DNA of 64,000 nucleotides from Neophaeotheca triangularis (Eukaryota): contig BAAIJX010000007.1 of the NCBI GenBank assembly GCA_054600435.1, positions 186,001-250,000 of the forward strand. Reading direction: 5' to 3'. Positions 1 to 14,779 of this stretch are shown piece after piece. The position numbers and the translations under genes are program-made. Within the stretch, counting starts at the first letter, position 1; each line of letters starts with the position of its first letter. The notes under the pieces are model-generated. The model had not been told where the DNA came from, searched no databases, and was given only the letters and a program-made list of their open reading frames with translations.

Positions 1-693
1 TTGCACATAAGGTGGGATTGCTGCATTGCCACTACTCGGCTTTCGCGGGTGATCTGTTGCTGTACAAATGTTAAAGCGCGTTAGCTATCGCCCAGCGTGG
101 CGGTATGCAGCTGGGCGGTGCCAGGTATGCATGTCATGTGTTCTCCTAGTGAGGTTGTCACCTAGTATGCATGCCGACCTGTAGGCTGTGCAGCTTAAAC
201 GCCACGCGCTGAAGGTGCATGTACACACTCCCATCATCAAGCACACAGCCCGAAAGCACTGCCAAGAAGAAGAATCCAATGGCGACTGTCGAACTCCATT
301 GCTTCGACTTCACCTCCAGCGTCTGTAAACACGCATCCATACTCTGAGTCAGGTGTGTTGGTATACACTATGACTGCGCCCGAATACCCAGACCACTTGA
401 AGGTTAGGTATAAGAAGGTGAGGATTCCTTCTTGATTCCCTCTCCCTATCACCAACCAAGCGCGTCAGAAGCATCCCTACCTCAGGTACCTCCTTAGCAC
501 GAGACTCGTGAGACAGTGAAGCTTCAAAGCAATCACGACTGCGTCAAGTCTGTCACTTCCGGATACCTACCTACACCTGGGCAGTACAAAAGCAGCAATC
601 ATGACCTCCACCACAGCCGTCACCCACGATTTCCGGTTGCTTTCAATCCACTCTTTACGAACAAACTCTCCCGAGGGCAACAAACCCGCCAAC

Positions 694-1670
694 ATGTTCA
701 ATTGTTTCAAAAGAGGCTTCTCACGCAAGGACGACCGATCCAACTTGTCGAACAACATCAATTCTGAAGACAACCCTCATCCTCAACAGCGCAACATGCC
801 AGCGACCAGGCGACCAGGTAGGTCCCAACATCAATATTCCCGGGTTGATCAATTTATCAAGGCTAACACTCCCTAGCATCCGGCTCAAAGAAGCCCTTCG
901 TTAGCCAACAAGAGCCACCACCAGCATACTCACCAGCATCGAACGCCGCACCAGCGACCCAAACAGCCAGAGCGGCCGGATCCACAGCTGCCGGTACAGA
1001 CGACCCCTATGCCTTCCTCAGCACCTTCGACACGATCTTCCTAATCGACGACTCAGGCTCCATGGCAGGCAGCCGCTGGCGCGAAACCGCACTAGCTCTG
1101 GAAACCATCACCCCAATCTGCACCGCCCACGACTCGGACGGAATCGACATCTACTTCCTCAACCACGCCGACAGCAGTTTCCACCACAACGTCAGCAGCT
1201 CCACCATCGTCAGCGAAATCTTCCAAACCGTCCGCCCCCGCGGCGGCACGCCAACAGGCCAACGCCTCAACGCAATCCTCAAACCCTACCTCCGCCAACT
1301 CCAAGCGAACCCGGAAACCACCAAGCCCATGAACCTCATCTGCATCACCGACGGCGAGCCCTCGGACGACGTCGAGAGCGTCCTCATCGCCGCCGCCAAG
1401 AAGCTGGATAAACTCGACGCCCCCGCTTGGCAAGTCGGCGTCCAGTTCTTCCAGGTCGGGCGCGATGAAGAGGCCAAGAAGCATTTGCGGCAATTGGATG
1501 ACGAGCTTGCCGAGATTTCGGGCGATGATGATCTGAGGGATATCGTTGACACTGTGCCTTTTCAGGGGGCCGAGGGGACGTATTTGACGGGTGATGGCAT
1601 TTTGAAGGTTGTGCTGGGTGCCGTTAATAGGCGGTTGGATCGCAAGAAGAGTCAGGATCTTCATCGTTGA
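694..1670 (+). CDS. von Willebrand factor type A (vWA) domain protein; exons 694-817, 877-1670
   Basis: Intron 818-876 (GTAGGT...GCTAAC...TAG) joins ATG 694 in frame to ...DDPYAFLSTFDTIFLIDDSGSMAG. MIDAS DxSxS motif, plus GGTPT and ICITDG motifs. Confidence 0.88.
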
Positions 1671-2467
1671 CGGAGAGGTGGGCATAGTGAGGGTTTTTCT
1701 TTTTTTTTCTTGGCTGATAGATAGTCTTTATAATTAGCGTCAAGGGGAATAGAATAAGCCAGCATACGGGCAAGTGTGAGCTTTAGGAGTGGTAATGCCC
1801 TGCACTCCGTCGAAACACGGACCTGAACAAAGTGTCGCGTACGAAATGCTTGAACATCTGTCCCTCTCATGCAGATTCCAAGGCATCTTCACAACGTCAA
1901 CCGAAGCTCCTAGTTAGCATCCCCAGAACCAATCGCTAGAGCGTGCCTATAGACCACACGCAACCCGTCAGGAGTCAGGCATCCACAGTCCAAGTCGCGA
2001 GATCAACAGACCGGCTGTCCTAACCCGCAAGCGGTCCACTTCGTGCGAATCGAGCGCCAGAAGCCTCAGCCTCAATCGTCCTGTCGCCCATTCTTGGACG
2101 TGGACCGGTCACGCTCCCTTGAGCTCAGCCGCTGCTCGCAAGCCTAGGGACATGCTACCTCTCGCTTTGTCTTCGCCTTTAGTAACTCGTGGATTCCACG
2201 AGTCGGGGGTTCAAGGAAAACTAGAATTTTGCATGGACAACAACAACATCAAAGGCTGCAAAGCCGCATGGAGTAATTGAAAAGGGTGGGTGAGTGGACG
2301 GCCTGGCTAGTGGAATTACCCATGTCCATTGCATCAACATCTTTCAAACAGAGGCGCAAGAATAAGACGGGAGAATGTTTCCGCTAGATCGTTGGCCCTA
2401 CAAACGCAAGCTCCATGGTCAACAAGCCATCGTATCCGCTATGCGATGAGGTGGGGAAAACAAGTCT

Positions 2468-4024
2468 CTACGGCTTCACAACCGCCACTTGCCCCCTAAC
2501 GGGTACATTCTCCTGCCGCCCAGGCTGGGGGAAATCAGTAACATCAACGCCCTCCCTGAAAACCAAAACGTGCGTGCTCCCCCCGAAATGGAACATACCC
2601 GTCTGCTCGCCCTTGGCGACGTGCTGGCCCTCGTCGACAGTGATCTCGCAAGTGCTGACCTCGTCCATGCCGATGCCGATGAAAGCCATGAGCCCGATGG
2701 CCGGGTTATCGGCCTGGATGAAGATGACGGCGCGCGTGGCCATGGCGGCCAGGTAGCCTTGGCTATTGTTTATGCCGTCCTCGGCGATGGCGGTGGCGTT
2801 GGGATCGCCCAGGCCGGTGAAGAGGGCTTCGCTGAAGTAGGTGCCGTCTTGGACGAAAGCGCGCTTGACGGTGCCGCTGACGGGCGAGTGCCAGCGGTGG
2901 TAGCTGAGCGGGGATAGAAAGGCTTGGTAGACGGTGCCGCCGCCGAAGTGGTGGGCTAGCGGGTCGTGGGCTAGCATGTCCAGCATCGAGTAGGGCTGGC
3001 CTTTGTTCCAGAATTCGTCGCGGAGTTTGCAGCCGCGTTGCACGTTGAAGACTCTGCTCTCGCAGGCGTTGGCGATGACGTTGTCGTCGTTGGGTGAGGC
3101 GACTGGGCGCGCTGAGTCCCGGACTTGGCGCGTGAAGAATTCGTCCCAGGATTTGTAGCCGTAGTGTTTCTCGCTCGGATCGCACTGGAACAGTTCTTCG
3201 AAGCTGAAGGAGGTGTTGCTCGCGGCGTTGGCGGTTGTTACCAGGTCCCTTTTCCCCACGTCCCCGAACCAGCCCGATGAAGAGTTGCCCAAGACTTCGG
3301 CAGACTCAGGGGTCTGCATTCACAAAACAAAAGTCAGCAAGCAACACAAGGCGATAGCATCAACAGCAAATCCCGCTCACCTGCAAAAACTTGCCCCACT
3401 CGTTCAAGACCTTCTTCAACATACGATTGACCTCCGGGTCAAGGAAAGCGGCGTGCCCGCTCGGCGTCCCCATGGGATAATCTAGAATGGCATTGACAGG
3501 CACGCCCACCATGTGCGCGCTCTCAGCGGCATCGCTCCACCCGGGCGCGTGCGAAAGAATCACATTCAGCACTTCGAGCATATGATGGTAGTCGCGGATT
3601 TGCTTGGTGCCGGTGGGATCTTTGTAATAGGGGCGCTTGCTCGGGATCTTTACATGACGAGTACAGATACGGGTCAGTTTCTACGTTTCCGAGGCCGGTG
3701 TGAGGTTTCAGGGTTGCTGTTTTACCTCGTCGAACATGGCGTTGAAGTACATGTAGATGCGGCTGTTGCGTTCGATCAAGTCTTTGAACTCCTGCAATAC
3801 TGGCATCAGGTCTTTGGGGTGCTGACGGGCGTGCTCGATCTGGCGGTCGAGCCATTCGCGCTGCACGCTATGGTCTGCTGGTAGCCAGTTGCCGGTTCTG
3901 GTTCATCCGGCGTATGCTGTTATTAGTGTCTATATCATCATACATCGTGGCGTATCTTTCTCACCGTCACGTACCTGTGCCGGTGGTGCAGCATGTCATG
4001 AGGCCGACTCGATGAATGTGACAT
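2468..4024 (-). CDS. Phosphatidylserine decarboxylase-like (PsiD-related) pyruvoyl decarboxylase; probable exons 4024-3975, 3897-3726, 3647-3381, 3313-2468
   Basis: Spliced product has GNWLPADH, MGTPSG, SWDEFFTR, ACES, YHRWHSPVSG and a C-terminal FHFGGSTH autocleavage motif. Introns 3725-3648 and 3380-3314 are canonical. The first exon is less certain. Confidence 0.88.
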
Positions 4025-4375
4025 TTCTGCGAAGATGTTGGTTGTGAGGAAAGACAACAGTGACAGCGTCAATATAGACAAAAGCTTTGCGGCCATCATG
4101 TAGTAGCAAGGCGGGCGGGGCGCATTCGTGTCGTCGAGTCCGGCAGTTCCGGCCGCGGCTGGGGAGGGGGCGGGATTGGCCTTTTAAATACATACATACA
4201 TGTACTGTATGTACATGGAGCTGTAATGTGCCATGATGGTTTGCACACTACTCGAGGTGTCAGTTCACGGCCGCCATGAGAAGGCGATTCACCTGGCCCA
4301 GTCATGCTTGCGGTGACCATAACTTCTCCATACGCGTCCGGCTACGCAATATTCCAGTCACGCAATGGCATCTCC

Positions 4376-4378
<3 letters not shown>

Positions 4379-4422
<44 letters not shown>
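4379..4422. repeat. (GA)22 microsatellite
   Basis: Perfect dinucleotide run read directly from the sequence. Confidence 0.97.
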
Positions 4423-4426
<4 letters not shown>

Positions 4427-4815
4427 GCCGACATGCCGTTGCGCAAGACCGGTAGGTTGCGGAACTTGACGAGAAGCTTGTCGAAGCTTAACAGAGCTTG
4501 GTACAACTTGTTTGATCTCGACGATCTCGGGTGCTGCATCTCCTAGCTACCTACGAGACATGACATGGCTGGCTGTGGAAGAAGCCGCCGTCGAGGATCG
4601 TATTCTAGAGGATATATCCGAAGACTGACAACACTCACTTCTGCGCGGGTGGCGCGTCGACCCAACTCGCGAGTCAAGCAAGGGTCAAAAGTTACGCCTG
4701 CGTTGCGGTGAAGCATCTCCTCTATCTGACCTGCCGTACAGTTTGAAATTTGCGGAAAAGCTCAAGTTACATGAATCGATCAACACGCTACTGCACTCGA
4801 ATGTCCCATGCCTCA

Positions 4816-7775
<2,960 letters not shown>

Positions 7776-8971
7776 TTCAAAGCAGACGATCAGCCAAGCC
7801 TACACACCCCACGCCTTGAAACTTCACCGGCACCGGCCGTACAGCGGGCGTGTGTGAGACTCGGCTCTTGCTATTGTGCTTAGGGTACGGTACGGTAAGG
7901 AGGTTATAGCAGAATCTTCCAATTCTTCCTCCTGTGTCTATGCATTGTTGTCGATCCGAGAGCGTAGTCGGAGTGCACCTTACCTAGGCATATGACGCAC
8001 TCTTGTTGTTAATCAGCCACCTAGGTATGGTCACTATCCTAACAACATTTGCGAACCACCGAATCTTTCCGGCTAACGAGGCCGTCCAAGCGTGCAATCT
8101 AATGCAGTGCACTGTTTGTTGAACTTCCTTGCTATATACAGTAACCTAACGTTTGCGTTATGTAGGTGAAGACGAAACCAGCCTTGGAACATTTACATAC
8201 ACTACCTACACCTACTGATGCGTACTTACATAGTAATTGGGTAGGGTCTCTTGCGAGCGAGATCTGATAACGAGTCAACTCTGAAGGACAGGAGGAGCCT
8301 TCCATCTTATCAGATGCTATAAGTTACCCCAGACACGTAGAGTGGGAGGGAGTTGGAGACGGGAAGCAGCAGCTGAGCAGCCGTTGGAGGTACAACCGAA
8401 CCTGAAGACGGGACACTGCACGCTCAGATGAGGTGGGCAACTACATACTATGTAGTAGTATGTATTGTTCCATTCATCACATGACGGAGATGCTTGGCAG
8501 AAGCTACCTCTCGCAGACGACGAGTAACAAGGTTCAATCTTAAGTCCTTGACGCATGCCGCGTGCTGTTCTGTCTCTCTTCACCCGCTCCCACATCAAGC
8601 GCTAGTATTGCCCTGGTGCTACTAACGATGCGTCTTTGCGTGTGAAGATGCTCTGCTGCCACCGTGACCATCAACCTAACTGCCCAGCGCGCCCAGCGAT
8701 TGGACCACTGCTCTGCGCCTACTCGCCACTCGGTGCTATGCAGAGACCCAGACAAGATGGAAGGCGCGTCTCAACATGCCGCCTCATCTCCTTGCAGTAT
8801 GTGTGGCCATCTGCCTTGTACTGTCTGATAAAGAGGGAAGACATCGCCCGCAAGTACCTCCAAGCTGCTTTCACTCACCAGTCCTCGTGCCGTACGCTTT
8901 TCCTTTCATTGCAGCGTGCATCTTTCTTTCATTTTGCATCAGGTTCCTGCTCTTGTATAACCGTCATCATC

Positions 8972-10936
8972 ATGGCAACTTCCCTTTTGCCGCTCCTTTT
9001 CCTGTTACCCAGCAGCGCGTACTCTCAATCACTTCAGGGATGGGGCGTTTCTGGCGGTAGCGGACCTCGCGGCGGAATAGGTGACGGTGCTCACCCCGTT
9101 TACGAACCTTTGGCTTACATTACCGATGGTCTTGTCCCGACAACCCCAAACACGACTCGGCAATTGGCACGTGGTGAGGCGCCCGTACTGGTCCGCCGCA
9201 ACAATGAGACGACGTGCGGCTCCTCCGGTGTACGAAAAATCGTTGTAGATTCCCTGCCACAGGGCGCTCGCCAGGAGATGCTAGGCTTCGGCCATTCATG
9301 GACCGACTCTGCCGTCGACGTTTTCGATCAGCTGGAACCAGAGCTCCGCGATCAGGTAATGGAAGATCTTTTCGGTCAGCATGGCAACAACATGGGCTTC
9401 ATGCGGCACACTGTCGGCTCAAGCGACCTCAGCTTCGAGCAATACTCCTACGACGATAACGGTCCTAGTTTCAATGAGCCTCAGCCCGACCCGGACCTTT
9501 CGGAATTCAGCCTTGGTCCAAAAGGCACTCGTATGGCTGAATACCTCGCCATGATGGGTGAGGTCAAGGGTGATGTCTTCCTCTATGGCACCACATGGTC
9601 ATACCCCGGTTGGATGAAGAACAACCACCTCTTCATTGCGCCGGACATCGGAGGCTCTCACTTCCTATTAAACAATTCCTTCAACCCCGCATACATGCAG
9701 TCAGCAATCAACTACTACGCCCGATACGTCGATGCATACGCAGAGTTTGGCGTCAAGATCAATGGAATGAGTCCACAGAATGAGCCTCTCAACTATATCG
9801 GTATGTCGATGGATTGTACATTCGGCGCTCGTAAGCTAATTCTTCTAGGCGGCACGACGACAATGTACCTGAGCGATGTAGATCAGGCGACTCTTCTGAC
9901 GAACGGTCTCGGCACTGCAATGCACGAACGCGGTGTCAAGATAATGGCGTACGACCACAACACAGATGAGCCCGTCTATCCGGCGCGCGTGATTCAAGGC
10001 GCAGGAACTGACCTCGTTGACTCCGTCGCATGGCATTGTTACCAGGGCCCAGTCGCCGAGTACTCCGTGCTTGAGGATTTCCGCTACAACTATCCCAGCA
10101 CCGCTCAGTTCATGACCGAATGCTCCAATACCGCTGTGACTCCCGGCGAAAAGAACTTTTGGGTTGCTCAGAATTTCATGCCGTCGATCAGGTTAGTAGC
10201 CAAAGTCCTGGATTGACCCTGGCGCCGACCACTAACAGCTTCCAGATACGGGGCCGGTGGAGCAAGCATGTGGGTGATGGCGACAGACCCAGACTATGGA
10301 CCACGCTCGCCCTATGGCGGCTGTGAAACTTGCCTCGGCTCGATTATCGTCAACTCCTCTACTGAGTACACCAAACAAATCGACTACTACATGATCGGAC
10401 ACTTCTCGCGCTTCATTCGCCGCGGAAGCCGCAACTATCACGTCTTGCAAGGCAACGAAGGGAGCGGCACTGACTGGGACTCGCAATTCTACTCCATCGC
10501 CGTACAGAACCCTGATGGAGGCTGGGCTGTTGTCATTCTAAACAACATGCCCGAAGAACAGCACATTGAACTCAGCTTCACGGGAAGTGGTTTCGTCTGG
10601 GAAGGCACGGTTCCGGAGAACACTCTCGTAACGTGGATGCTGCCGAGCGATGCCATCGCGGCTAGACGTCGGGATCCCGCATCGCAATACTACGTCCCAG
10701 CGCCGTACGCTATGAACAACGAGACGAAGGCGACGACGCCCTACGCTACGAGTACACGTGCTTCGATGACTGGAGGCACGGGCACGTGGATGAGTTTCGG
10801 CACCGCGACAAGCAGCGTCGAATCCACTTGCCCGCCTACGGGTACTACTTCCAGCACGGTCAGCTCTGATGGTACCTTACTGCCGGTCCCCAATACCACT
10901 CACTCGATAGAGAATGTTGCCACTGTTGTGCCTTAG
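8972..10936 (+). CDS. Secreted glycoside hydrolase family 30 (endo-beta-1,6-glucanase-like); exons 8972-9800, 9849-10191, 10246-10936
   Basis: Signal peptide MATSLLPLLFLLPSSAYS. Motifs GFGHSWTD, RHTVGSSD, QNEP (acid/base), YDHN, AWHCY, FMTEC (nucleophile). Canonical introns 9801-9848 and 10192-10245; Ser/Thr-rich tail. Confidence 0.92.
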
Positions 10937-11218
10937 GATGGGCGACCTGATGGGCGGAATGTTTCTGGGGTTTTCGGGAATGGAAGCTTTCAATTTTCTT
11001 CGAGCGCGGCGCGAGCGCGCGGATTACGATTGAGACTTTAGGCACGTGTTATTTGGAGGCGATGTATGTTAGCTTTGCAGTGTTTTACTAGTATGGTCTG
11101 CCGTCTTCACAGGTGTTCACTGTACAGAATTCACTCGACGAGATGGAAGTGTTAGTTGGAGCTTTGGCCCATAAGCGGTCCTAGCAATAATTCACCGCCT
11201 TCATCATTCTATGCGGGA

Positions 11219-11247
11219 TTCTAGAGCTTTCGAACTTCGAAGAGCTC
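11219..11247 (+). promoter_or_regulatory. Heat-shock-element-like TTC/GAA cluster upstream of STI1
   Basis: TTCtaGAGctTTCgaacTTCGAA about 110 bp upstream of the STI1 ATG; an imperfect nTTCnnGAAnnTTCn. STI1 is a known HSF target. Confidence 0.5.
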
Positions 11248-11348
11248 ACATTTACATATTGCCGCTTCCATCTCGTCTGCTTGACCAATTTTCCGACAGC
11301 AACATACCAACACTTTGATACCCCAAAACCCCCCGACTAGAGACGATC

Positions 11349-13091
11349 ATGGCAGACGCACTTAAAGCAGAGGGCAACAAACTCTTCACCGCCAAAGATT
11401 TCAACGGCGCGGTCGAGAAGTTCTCCGCAGCAATCGACATCGAGCCTCAAAACCACGTCCTCTACTCCAACCGATCAGGCGCTTACGCTTCCCTGAAGAA
11501 TTTCGGCAAGGCTCTGGACGATGCTACCAAGACCACCGAAATCAAGCCGGACTGGGCGAAAGGATGGGGCCGCAAGGGTGCCGCCCTTCACGGCACTGGT
11601 GATCTTGTCAACGCCGTAGACGCTTACGAGGAGGCCCTCAAGCTTGACCCAGCCAATGCGCAAGCAAAGTCAGGTCTTGAGTCCGTCCAGAGAGCTATCA
11701 AGAGCGAGGCAGAGGCAGATGGAGCCGACCCAAGCGCTGGCCTGGGCAACATGTTCAATGACCCCCAGATGATTCAAAAGCTTGCCAACAACCCCAAGAC
11801 GAGGAACTTGCTTGCCGACTCTGCTTTCATGACCAAGCTGCAAAACCTTAAAAACAACCCAAGTCAGATTGGTCAGGAGATGGGCGATCCGAGGTTCTTG
11901 CAGGTCATGAGTGTGTTGTTGGGCATTGATATGCAATTCAATGAAACGGATGATGCAGACAAGGCCGCAGCCGCGCACAAAGCGAAGAACGGTGCCGAGG
12001 AGGATGTTGAGATGCCTGATGTGAAGCCGGCACCTAAGGAGGAGAAGAAGGCCCCGGAGCCGGAGCCGGAGCCGGAGGACGAAGAGACGGCGGCTACGAA
12101 GAAGGCCAAAGCTGGAGCAGACGAGGAAAAGAAGAAGGGTACTGAGGCTTACAAGAAGAGGTCTTTCGATGAGGCAATCGCTCACTACGAGAAGGCGTGG
12201 GACATGCACAAAGACATCACCTACCTCACAAACCTGGGTGCGGCACACTTTGAGAAGGGCGACTACGACTCATGCATAGACGACTGCAAACGTGCCGTGG
12301 AGCATGGTCGGGAGGTGCTGGCGGACTTCAAGTTGATCGCTAAGGCGTTCGGCCGCATGGGATCTGCTTACGAGAAGAAGGGCGATTACGCCAACGCTGT
12401 TGAATACTACCAGCGCTCGCTCACCGAACACCGTACTCCCGACATTCTCGCCAAGCTGCGTGCTGCTGAGAAGACAAAGATCACGGCCGAAAGGGATGCT
12501 TACCTCAGCCCAGAAAAGGCAGAAGAGGCGCGCCAACTTGGCAATTCCAAGTTCAAGGAGTCCGATTGGCCTGCCGCCGTCGACGCCTACAGCGAGATGA
12601 TCAAGCGCGCACCTGAGGACCCTCGCGGGTACTCGAACCGCGCAGCTTGCTTGATCAAGCTCCTCACTTTCCCAGGCGCCGTTGCCGACTGCGACGAAGC
12701 CATCAAGCGCGACCAAAAGTTCATCCGCGCTTACCTGCGCAAAGCCCAAGCTCTCTTTGCCATGAAGCAGTATAACCAGTGCATTGACGTGTGCGCCGAA
12801 GCGACCGCCAACGATGAAGGTGGCAAGAACGCTCGCGAGATCGACCAGCAGAGTCAGAAAGCGCTGCAGGCGCAATTCCAGGCTCGCGAGGGCGAGACTG
12901 AGGAGCAGACTCAGGAGCGCATTCAAAGGGACCCAGAGATCATGGCGATCCTGCAAGACCCCGTCATGCAGAGCATCCTGCAGCAGGCAAAGGGTGATCC
13001 AGCAGCACTGCAAGAGCACATGAGGAACCCGGGTATTCAGAGCAAGATTCAGAAGTTGATGGCTGCCGGTGTGATCAGAATAGGAAGGTGA
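11349..13091 (+). CDS. STI1: Hsp70/Hsp90 co-chaperone Sti1/Hop
   Basis: Intronless, 580 aa. TPR1 (LKAEGNKLF...LYSNRS), DP1, TPR2A, TPR2B and a C-terminal DP2 (DPEIMAILQDPVMQSILQQ). Confidence 0.97.
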   Translation: MADALKAEGNKLFTAKDFNGAVEKFSAAIDIEPQNHVLYSNRSGAYASLKNFGKALDDATKTTEIKPDWAKGWGRKGAALHGTGDLVNAVDAYEEALKLDPANAQAKSGLESVQRAIKSEAEADGADPSAGLGNMFNDPQMIQKLANNPKTRNLLADSAFMTKLQNLKNNPSQIGQEMGDPRFLQVMSVLLGIDMQFNETDDADKAAAAHKAKNGAEEDVEMPDVKPAPKEEKKAPEPEPEPEDEETAATKKAKAGADEEKKKGTEAYKKRSFDEAIAHYEKAWDMHKDITYLTNLGAAHFEKGDYDSCIDDCKRAVEHGREVLADFKLIAKAFGRMGSAYEKKGDYANAVEYYQRSLTEHRTPDILAKLRAAEKTKITAERDAYLSPEKAEEARQLGNSKFKESDWPAAVDAYSEMIKRAPEDPRGYSNRAACLIKLLTFPGAVADCDEAIKRDQKFIRAYLRKAQALFAMKQYNQCIDVCAEATANDEGGKNAREIDQQSQKALQAQFQAREGETEEQTQERIQRDPEIMAILQDPVMQSILQQAKGDPAALQEHMRNPGIQSKIQKLMAAGVIRIGR

Positions 13092-13529
13092 TCTCGACCA
13101 GGAGTCTTTGCTCGGGGGAGAGATGGATGGCGATTAGGCATGACGGCGCTGAGCTTACTGAACATTGCTGTAAGAACGAACGAAGCGTTTGCGTTGCTGT
13201 TTGAAAAGTGCTATGCATAGCGATATACGATAATTCCAACTGTTTCTTGCCGTAGCCTTATGGCAGCATTCCTGTCAGTGAGCCGTGAGAACCCGGAATG
13301 GCCCGAGCTCCATTGGTTCTTTCTACAACGCCAAACTTGACTTCACTTTTCATTTGGACTTTTATTCAGTTTCCCAAACATTGCAACGCATTATATAACA
13401 CTGCTCTTCCTAACTTATCTCTCCAATACCTGCATCCCTAGTCAATACTCTACATTACTTGCAGCTTGCCTCATCTACCTTCACTCGTGTCAATTGAAAA
13501 TTTTGGCAGCGACATTCCAATCTTCAATC

Positions 13530-14708
13530 ATGGACAACCAGCAACCGGACGCCCGAGTTTTGATCATTATGACAGGTGGAACTATCTGCATGAGACCGTC
13601 GGATGATGGCTTTGTACCTGCCAGAGGCTTTTTAGACGCGGGCATGGCCCCCAGACCCTCTTTCAACGATGGTTCGGACTCGGTGACAATCGACGTGGTA
13701 ACGGACGACAAAGGCACAAAATCCGGATCCAGGAGCCTACGAACGCCGATTAGTCGATATGGGCGCCAGATCCGCTACTGTGTGCATGAATTCGAACAGC
13801 TGCTGGATTCCTCGTCGATAGACGCGGCGGGGTGGAGCCAGATTGCCCAGACCGTATACCGCAACTATGATGGCTTCGACGGTTTTGTTGTGCTTCATGG
13901 CACAGACAGCTTAGCTTACACTTGCTCGGCTTTGAGCTTCATGTTGCAGGACCTAGGAAAACCGGTGATCCTCACTGGATCGCAATCGCCCATGCTCGAG
14001 CTGCAAAACGACGCCACGGACAATCTTCTTGGCTCATTGATCGTCGCCGGTCACTTCAAAATCCCCGAAGTTTGCCTCTTCTTCAACTACAAGCTGTTCC
14101 GCGGCAACAGGGCGACCAAAGTCTCCGCTACAGAGTTTGCGGCGTTTGCATCCCCAAACTGCCCACCCTTGGCCGTCATCACTGCCACCGGTACCAACAT
14201 CGCCTGGGACCTCATCCGCCGCCCCACGCCCAAACCCCTGAGTCTTCAGCTGGACCTGGACATTGCGCACGTGGCTTGCTTGCGAATCTTCCCCGGTATC
14301 AAACCCGAAATGGTCGACGCCGTGCTTCGCGTGCGTGACTTGCGGGGTTTGATTCTGGAAACTTTTGGTGCTGGGAATGCTCCAGGAGGAACCGATAACG
14401 CTTTGACCCGCGTTCTGACGGATGCGGTAACTCGAGATAATGTCATCGTCAACGTTACTCAATGCCTCAGTGGCACCGTCAGTCCGACATATGCTCCCGC
14501 TACTGTTCTTGGTCGCGCTGGCGTTGTTTTTGGCCACGACATGACTACTGAGGCAGCCTTGACCAAGTTGTCGTACTTGATGGCTGTGCCGGGACTTTCG
14601 ACAAAGGAAATCAGCCGACAGATGTCGGTGTCACTGAGAGGAGAGTTGACGCCAATGGAGACGACCAATTTCCAGCACCCAGGCCGCAAAGCATCAGTCA
14701 TACTCTGA
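13530..14708 (+). CDS. Cytosolic type I L-asparaginase
   Basis: IMTGGTI and VLHGTDSL catalytic motifs, LTGSQ, FRGNR, ETFGAGN, DMTTEAALTKL. First ATG at 13530. Confidence 0.92.
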   Translation: MDNQQPDARVLIIMTGGTICMRPSDDGFVPARGFLDAGMAPRPSFNDGSDSVTIDVVTDDKGTKSGSRSLRTPISRYGRQIRYCVHEFEQLLDSSSIDAAGWSQIAQTVYRNYDGFDGFVVLHGTDSLAYTCSALSFMLQDLGKPVILTGSQSPMLELQNDATDNLLGSLIVAGHFKIPEVCLFFNYKLFRGNRATKVSATEFAAFASPNCPPLAVITATGTNIAWDLIRRPTPKPLSLQLDLDIAHVACLRIFPGIKPEMVDAVLRVRDLRGLILETFGAGNAPGGTDNALTRVLTDAVTRDNVIVNVTQCLSGTVSPTYAPATVLGRAGVVFGHDMTTEAALTKLSYLMAVPGLSTKEISRQMSVSLRGELTPMETTNFQHPGRKASVIL

Positions 14709-14779
14709 ATACAATCTTGCACGCCATGACAGGTTCGAAAAAATACATGCTTAACTGCAGAGACCCATCACTACCCACT

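Noticed and set aside
2185..2203. Perfect 19-bp inverted repeat ACTCGTGGA-T-TCCACGAGT between convergent genes
   Set aside because: Single isolated palindrome with no associated element or target-site duplication.
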